30,513 nucleotides of DNA from a virus (lineage: Duplodnaviria > Caudoviricetes), in the IMG/VR virus record IMGVR_UViG_3300044713_000276, positions 1 through 30,513 of that record; one strand, given 5' to 3'. Below the pieces are notes generated by a model, which did not search any database, was not told where the DNA came from, and was given only the letters and a program-made list of their open reading frames with translations. Numbering within the stretch: the first letter of the stretch is position 1; each line of letters begins with the position of its first letter. The translations under genes were made by a program, and so were the position numbers. This document shows, piece after piece, positions 26,611 to 30,513 of this stretch.

Positions 26611-28638
26611 ATGGAAATGGCGAATACACCCATATTAGCCGGGCTGAAGCTTGCGGCTCCCGAGGAGCCCGAAGAGTCCGTTGACATACCGGAGCCCGAG
26701 GCCGATGGTCTCGACCCCCGCGTGCTCGACTACGCCCGCGCTCACCGGAAGGAGCTATTCATCTCCGAAGTCGAAGTTCCGACGCGATTCCGCGATCTGC
26801 TTCCATTGAATGGCCCCATTACGCCTCATACCTATTACGTTCCGAGTCTTCTCTCCGGCAACGAGTTTAGTGATGAATCGGTCGAGACGAAGAACTATCG
26901 CTCCTTCATGCAGTGGTATGAGGACGCCCCGGGCATCTATCCGGTCGTTGGTCCGCACAGTTCATTTGCCGTTGCGATCCGCCTGAACGTCGTTACCGAG
27001 GACATGCTTCTCCAGTTCGATGCCTTCGCGGATTATCCCGGCGTCGATGAGCGCGAGCCGGGCGGCATCGAAGAGAAGTCGATCGACGACGCCTGGCAGG
27101 AGTGGGCTTCGACGGCCTTTGAGCGAGCGCTCACAAATAAATTTCCCGACTTCGAGCAAACCGTTGAAACCCTTTCCGTTCCGGCACTGAAGGCGCTCTT
27201 TGAAAAGATGCGTCGGCGTGTCAAGGTGGATTGGGAAGAGGACGGAGGCGGCCACGCTTTCATCGATGTGGATTCGATCGCCAACGCCGCGATCCCGGAG
27301 GACTTCTCCGGTTCACTGGAAGTGGAATCCTTGCCGGAACCCACGCCACCGCCCGCCCCCGAAGAGGCGGAGTCTAAGACGGCGGCCACCCAGCCGGTGA
27401 TGCCCGGCCCGGGCAAGTTCATCCCGTGGCGCAACCTCATCCCCGAAGGTGAAGAGGAGCGTGGCCCCGTCAACCGTAAGACGCCTGACACCGAGGGTTT
27501 TCACGCGTGGTTCGCGGGCTCGAAGTGTGTTGACGTTGAAGGCAGACCTATGGTGGTCTTCCACGGCACATCAGCGGAGAGCAAGAGCTTCATCGCCCGC
27601 AATCACGGTTATGGCCAGTTCGGCCACTGGTTCGACGCCACTCCGGAGTCCATCGAGGGCTACACCCTGGGTGAAAAGCCTTACCACCACCCGAATGAGA
27701 TGGCCGTGTATCTCTCCATCAAGAATCCGATGGAGTTCCCGGATCTCGACACCTTCAAGGGGGCGGTCAATGGACGTTATGGTCCAACGAATGCCGCCCG
27801 TTGCCAGCGCTTCCGGATGAAGTTGAAGAAGGCCGGATACGACGGAGCAGTGATCCGCAACAACCGGGCCACCAACGGCGTTGAGCCGGACTACTGGGTG
27901 GCGTTCGATCGGAAGAGCATCAAGTCGGCGACGGGCAACAGCGGGGAGTTCTCGACGAAAGACCACAGCATCACGGCGGCGGATCGCGACGTCGAGCACG
28001 AACAAATATCGTCGAGCACAGACGAAGAGCTTGCTCGACGCCGCGCCGAGATCGAGGCAATCGGTCGCCGGGGCGCGAGGCACGGCACACCACTCTATCC
28101 CCAACGGGAGCTTCGCGAGTTGCAGCGGATCATCTCCGAGCAATACAACCGCCAGCAGGGTAGGCGGTCAAGGCCTTGGGTAACGACCGTACCTCCCAAG
28201 GATCAAAAGTCAGCAGCCGACGAGGGAGCTTTCGTCAAGCGGGTTGTAGAGGACCCATTTGTCAAGGCGTACTTCGATGCCGCTCTGTTTTCGACCACGG
28301 ACGGCAGCAACGACATGGGCGGCGAGCCTCTGGATCAGAACTATACCATCCGCGACTTTGATCCGCACACGGCTATGCAGATGATTAACGACTGCGAGAA
28401 GTTCCAGGCCGAGTGCGCCGATCAGTTGGTTGAAAAGGCCCTGAGCCGTCCAGGCCGCTTCGATGTGAAGCAACACGGAGGCCAAGATTTTTGGCTCACT
28501 CGTAATCGCCACGGGTTCGGGTTTTGGACGGGTGACTGGCGTAAGTCTGCCGCTGAGATCCTTACGGAAAAGGCAAAGCAGGCAGGTCCGTTCGACCTTG
28601 AAGTCGCGGACGATGGAAAAATTCGCCAGGTAATTTAG
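26611..28638 (+). CDS. Second polyvalent protein, 675 aa: acidic unknown domain, ART-PolyVal-like ADP-ribosyltransferase, short helical segment and FWLTRNxHGxGFW domain
   Basis: GGAG RBS. ART at ~27391-27969 (FHAWFAGSKCVDVEGRPMVVFHGT...VYLSIKNP...GYDG...WVAFDRKSIKSATGNSG). C-terminal GQDFWLTRNRHGFGFW phage domain. Linkers KLAA, KTAA, ITAA, KSAA. Confidence 0.88.
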   Translation: MEMANTPILAGLKLAAPEEPEESVDIPEPEADGLDPRVLDYARAHRKELFISEVEVPTRFRDLLPLNGPITPHTYYVPSLLSGNEFSDESVETKNYRSFMQWYEDAPGIYPVVGPHSSFAVAIRLNVVTEDMLLQFDAFADYPGVDEREPGGIEEKSIDDAWQEWASTAFERALTNKFPDFEQTVETLSVPALKALFEKMRRRVKVDWEEDGGGHAFIDVDSIANAAIPEDFSGSLEVESLPEPTPPPAPEEAESKTAATQPVMPGPGKFIPWRNLIPEGEEERGPVNRKTPDTEGFHAWFAGSKCVDVEGRPMVVFHGTSAESKSFIARNHGYGQFGHWFDATPESIEGYTLGEKPYHHPNEMAVYLSIKNPMEFPDLDTFKGAVNGRYGPTNAARCQRFRMKLKKAGYDGAVIRNNRATNGVEPDYWVAFDRKSIKSATGNSGEFSTKDHSITAADRDVEHEQISSSTDEELARRRAEIEAIGRRGARHGTPLYPQRELRELQRIISEQYNRQQGRRSRPWVTTVPPKDQKSAADEGAFVKRVVEDPFVKAYFDAALFSTTDGSNDMGGEPLDQNYTIRDFDPHTAMQMINDCEKFQAECADQLVEKALSRPGRFDVKQHGGQDFWLTRNRHGFGFWTGDWRKSAAEILTEKAKQAGPFDLEVADDGKIRQVI

Positions 28639-28654
28639 GGACGACCCCCTGGAA

Positions 28655-28662
28655 CGGTAATA
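28655..28662 (+). promoter_or_regulatory. Recurring intergenic motif CGGTAATA
   Basis: Followed by 6 nt then ATG 28669 with no Shine-Dalgarno in between, consistent with a leaderless mRNA. Confidence 0.55.
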
Positions 28663-28668
28663 ACAAGT

Positions 28669-29175
28669 ATGGAACGTAGAAACTTTTTGAGACTAGCTGG
28701 GGCAGCGATTGTATTGCCGATGCTACCCGCGTTTGCCGTAGCTGAGAAGCGCCCAGATGACATTGGCTACTACACGTATGAGTTCTCGATTAACGCACTT
28801 GAGTCCGAGTGGAAGTTAGTGTCTTCACGGGTGTATTCCGACTGGCGTGTACGGCGCGAGGCGGTTGTCTTCGAGTCCCGCACCCGACCTGATCGAGAGT
28901 TGCGCGTTTCTTTCACGGAATGTACAGAAGCGGAGATGGATCGATCGCGTCAATACGATTCCGATTTGATAGGACATCCCAAGTTCATCCTTACCTCCCG
29001 GGAACTGGTTCAAAAACGCTTTGTGAAATCAGATTTATGGACTGGTATGTGCGCTACAGAACCAGCAGAAGTCAGCGAGATGCTGGCTAATTTTGAGTCG
29101 AAGGTCAACCTGCCTATGGACGTGCGCGATCTGTTCAGGGAGATGCCGTCTTACGAATTGCTGAGGAACGCATAA
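28669..29175 (+). CDS. Hypothetical protein with twin-arginine (Tat)-like signal peptide, 168 aa
   Basis: MERRNFLRLAGAAIVLPMLPAFAVA-E: RRxFL motif, hydrophobic core and AxA site. Confidence 0.78.
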   Translation: MERRNFLRLAGAAIVLPMLPAFAVAEKRPDDIGYYTYEFSINALESEWKLVSSRVYSDWRVRREAVVFESRTRPDRELRVSFTECTEAEMDRSRQYDSDLIGHPKFILTSRELVQKRFVKSDLWTGMCATEPAEVSEMLANFESKVNLPMDVRDLFREMPSYELLRNA

Positions 29176-29176
29176 C

Positions 29177-30157
29177 ATGGAACGCAGAAATTTTTTGAAA
29201 TTGCTGGGTGGATCGGTCGCCGCGACGGCGCTTCCGGTAGAGGCGCTGGCCATGGCGTCGCATGGGTCTCGCGAGACATTCGCAGACGCAACTGATAGCG
29301 CAGGACTGGATCGCATTCGGATGCTTTTGTCCTCGCAGGATGGGCTCAACGAATTCGCGAGCAGCGTTGCACCGCCGCTTCGCCGCCGCCTCGACTGCTT
29401 TGGTTTGGCCCGGCGCATTATGAATTCGTTCGAAAACCGGGCGATCTTCACCAATATCGCGGGTAAACGGGTCACGGTCCCATTCTTCCCCGTGGAGAGC
29501 ACGGCGGTGATGCTGAACTTCGATCCAAAGCGGTTAGATTTGTTTCGCCATACACTGCATTCGATGACGGCGGAGATTTTGGTAGGGGAAGATGGCCACA
29601 TGTTCAACCTCGCCCGCGCGGTAAGTCAGGCGGGGCTATCTTTCAAGACCCGCAAGGTCTCGCGCACTGATGATTTGCTGGCCGAGGCCGTCCGCGACAT
29701 CCAGGCCGACGAAGAGATGCGGGTTACTCACATCGTCATGAGCCCACGTGACTATGCGCAGGCGCATCAGGCCGCTGATCCCGCCAAATTTTGGGAGGAA
29801 ACTCTCCGTCGCGTTTTGAAGACCGGCACTATGGGCTACTACGAAGGAGCTACCGTCATGCAGTCGCGTCGCGTTGTGCCCGGCGCGGCCTGGTCTTTCG
29901 CTCTTCGCGAAAATCAGCCTGATGACCGTGCCGACCTGGTGTTGACTACCAAGACACCGCTCCATGTCTCCTTTAAGATGCGGGGCAATGATCTGCATAT
30001 CAAGTTCGCAGAAGAGATCGGCATGACCATAGGGCCGGAAAACGTTCAGCGTCTGAATATCCGACGTTCTTTGAATTCGAGCGGCGGGACAGACACTACC
30101 GAACAGGTCGCTCCATTCGACTTGATTGTGGTGGACGGAAAAACTTCTCGGGGATAA
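29177..30157 (+). CDS. Tat-signal protein resembling a degenerate HK97-fold major capsid protein paralog, 326 aa
   Basis: MERRNFLKLLGGSVAATALPVEALA signal, then colinear capsid-like motifs: PLRRRLDCFGLARR, KRVTVPFF, AEILVGED, LAEAVRDI...RVTHIVMSPRDY, VLKTG...GATVMQSRRVVPG, FAEEIGM...QRLNIRR. CDS is solid; the product call rests on recalled similarity. Confidence 0.68.
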   Translation: MERRNFLKLLGGSVAATALPVEALAMASHGSRETFADATDSAGLDRIRMLLSSQDGLNEFASSVAPPLRRRLDCFGLARRIMNSFENRAIFTNIAGKRVTVPFFPVESTAVMLNFDPKRLDLFRHTLHSMTAEILVGEDGHMFNLARAVSQAGLSFKTRKVSRTDDLLAEAVRDIQADEEMRVTHIVMSPRDYAQAHQAADPAKFWEETLRRVLKTGTMGYYEGATVMQSRRVVPGAAWSFALRENQPDDRADLVLTTKTPLHVSFKMRGNDLHIKFAEEIGMTIGPENVQRLNIRRSLNSSGGTDTTEQVAPFDLIVVDGKTSRG

Positions 30158-30177
30158 AGAGGAAACTCAGTCGGGAA

Positions 30178-30185
30178 ACGTAATA
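30178..30185 (+). promoter_or_regulatory. Variant of the recurring intergenic motif (ACGTAATA)
   Basis: Followed by 6 nt then AGGGAG, where the structured leader begins. Confidence 0.45.
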
Positions 30186-30191
30186 ACTTTC

Positions 30192-30333
30192 AGGGAGAGA
30201 AATTGGCTCCCAAAAGATTGCCTCAATAGGCAAGCAAAGGTGAGGGTGCTGGCCCACGCGAAAGCGTGGAACCGATGGAAATTCTAAGGATGGGACGTAG
30301 GCCATAGGCCCAGCACCTGATTCCCAATTGGAG
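30192..30333 (+). ncRNA. Putative structured RNA or 5' leader of unknown family
   Basis: Stems: GGGAG/CTCCC (30193-30197/30207-30211), TTGCCT-CAAT-AGGCAA (30218-30233), GGTGCTGG/CCAGCACC (30245-30252/30310-30317) enclosing CCACGC-GAAA-GCGTGG (30254-30269, GNRA loop). Confidence 0.55.
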
Positions 30334-30339
30334 ACGTCG

Positions 30340-30513
30340 ATGACAAGCCTTCTGGAGAAAGCCTCGAAGCTCGATCCGGAGAACATCACGGTAGACACAA
30401 TGCGGATGCTCTTCAAGTGGACTCCTCGCTGGCTCGCGCGACAGATTTTGGAAACCGGCGTACGTCGCGGAGAGTTCGAACGCAAGCCGGACGGCAGTTA
30501 TCGGGTGGTATAG
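30340..30513 (+). CDS. Small hypothetical protein, 57 aa, possibly winged-helix-like
   Basis: GGAG at 30330-30333 before ATG 30340; ends with TAG at the window edge. ARQILETGVRRGEFERKPDGSYRV resembles a helix plus wing hairpin. Confidence 0.55.
   Translation: MTSLLEKASKLDPENITVDTMRMLFKWTPRWLARQILETGVRRGEFERKPDGSYRVV

Noticed and set aside
29177-30157. The phage's genuine major capsid gene
   Set aside because: It has a Tat-like leader, appears internally shortened, and has no neighbouring portal, protease or scaffold genes, so a paralog is more likely.
30245-30317. c-di-GMP-I riboswitch or hammerhead ribozyme identity for the structured RNA
   Set aside because: GAAA hairpin and GGGACG/TCTAAG fragments are present but not in the consensus order, the GGCAAA...GACGCAAA flanks are missing, and there is no CUGAnGA core.
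157-30485. Numerous minus-strand and alternative-frame ORFs in the track (for example 15141-15911, 14355-15038, 24645-25310, 7013-7630)
   Set aside because: They overlap long + strand genes with recognisable domains, lack recognisable motifs, and are expected shadow ORFs in GC-rich DNA.
1-30513. Stop-codon reassignment as seen in some large phages
   Set aside because: Very long ORFs are intact in the standard code, and TAA, TGA and TAG all end genes at sensible positions.
1-30513. CRISPR array, tRNA genes, IS/transposase, reverse transcriptase or DGR repeats
   Set aside because: No regularly spaced repeats, cloverleaf, transposase or RT motifs were seen. The repeats found differ at various bases, not only adenines.

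Overview
All credible genes lie on the + strand, and the window reads as part of a large contractile-tailed (myovirus-like, probably jumbo) phage genome in the standard genetic code. 1-14 kb is a tail/baseplate module: Ig-repeat (He_PIG-like) fibre proteins, a PA14-like protein ending in a Hint domain, and gp25-like, baseplate J-like and P2 gpI-like wedge genes. The module is interrupted by a ~3,090-aa polyvalent effector protein with about 16 segments: nucleoside deoxyribosyltransferase-like, three GNATs, ParB-like, five HG[T/S]-type ADP-ribosyltransferases, one R-S-E ADP-ribosyltransferase, a Cys/His finger and two PcfJ-like modules. Every junction I assigned carries a K-x-A or x-T-A linker, which suggests a protease-processed, capsid-packaged polyprotein. 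Downstream lie a tail-collar/baseplate gene, small accessory ORFs, a possible toxin-antitoxin-like pair, a second 675-aa polyvalent protein with the same linkers, and two Tat-signal genes, one of which looks like a degenerate HK97-fold major capsid paralog. A recurring intergenic motif (CGGTA(A/T)TA-N6-A) and a structured RNA leader at 30.2-30.3 kb are also visible. All family assignments come from motif recognition by eye; no searches were run.
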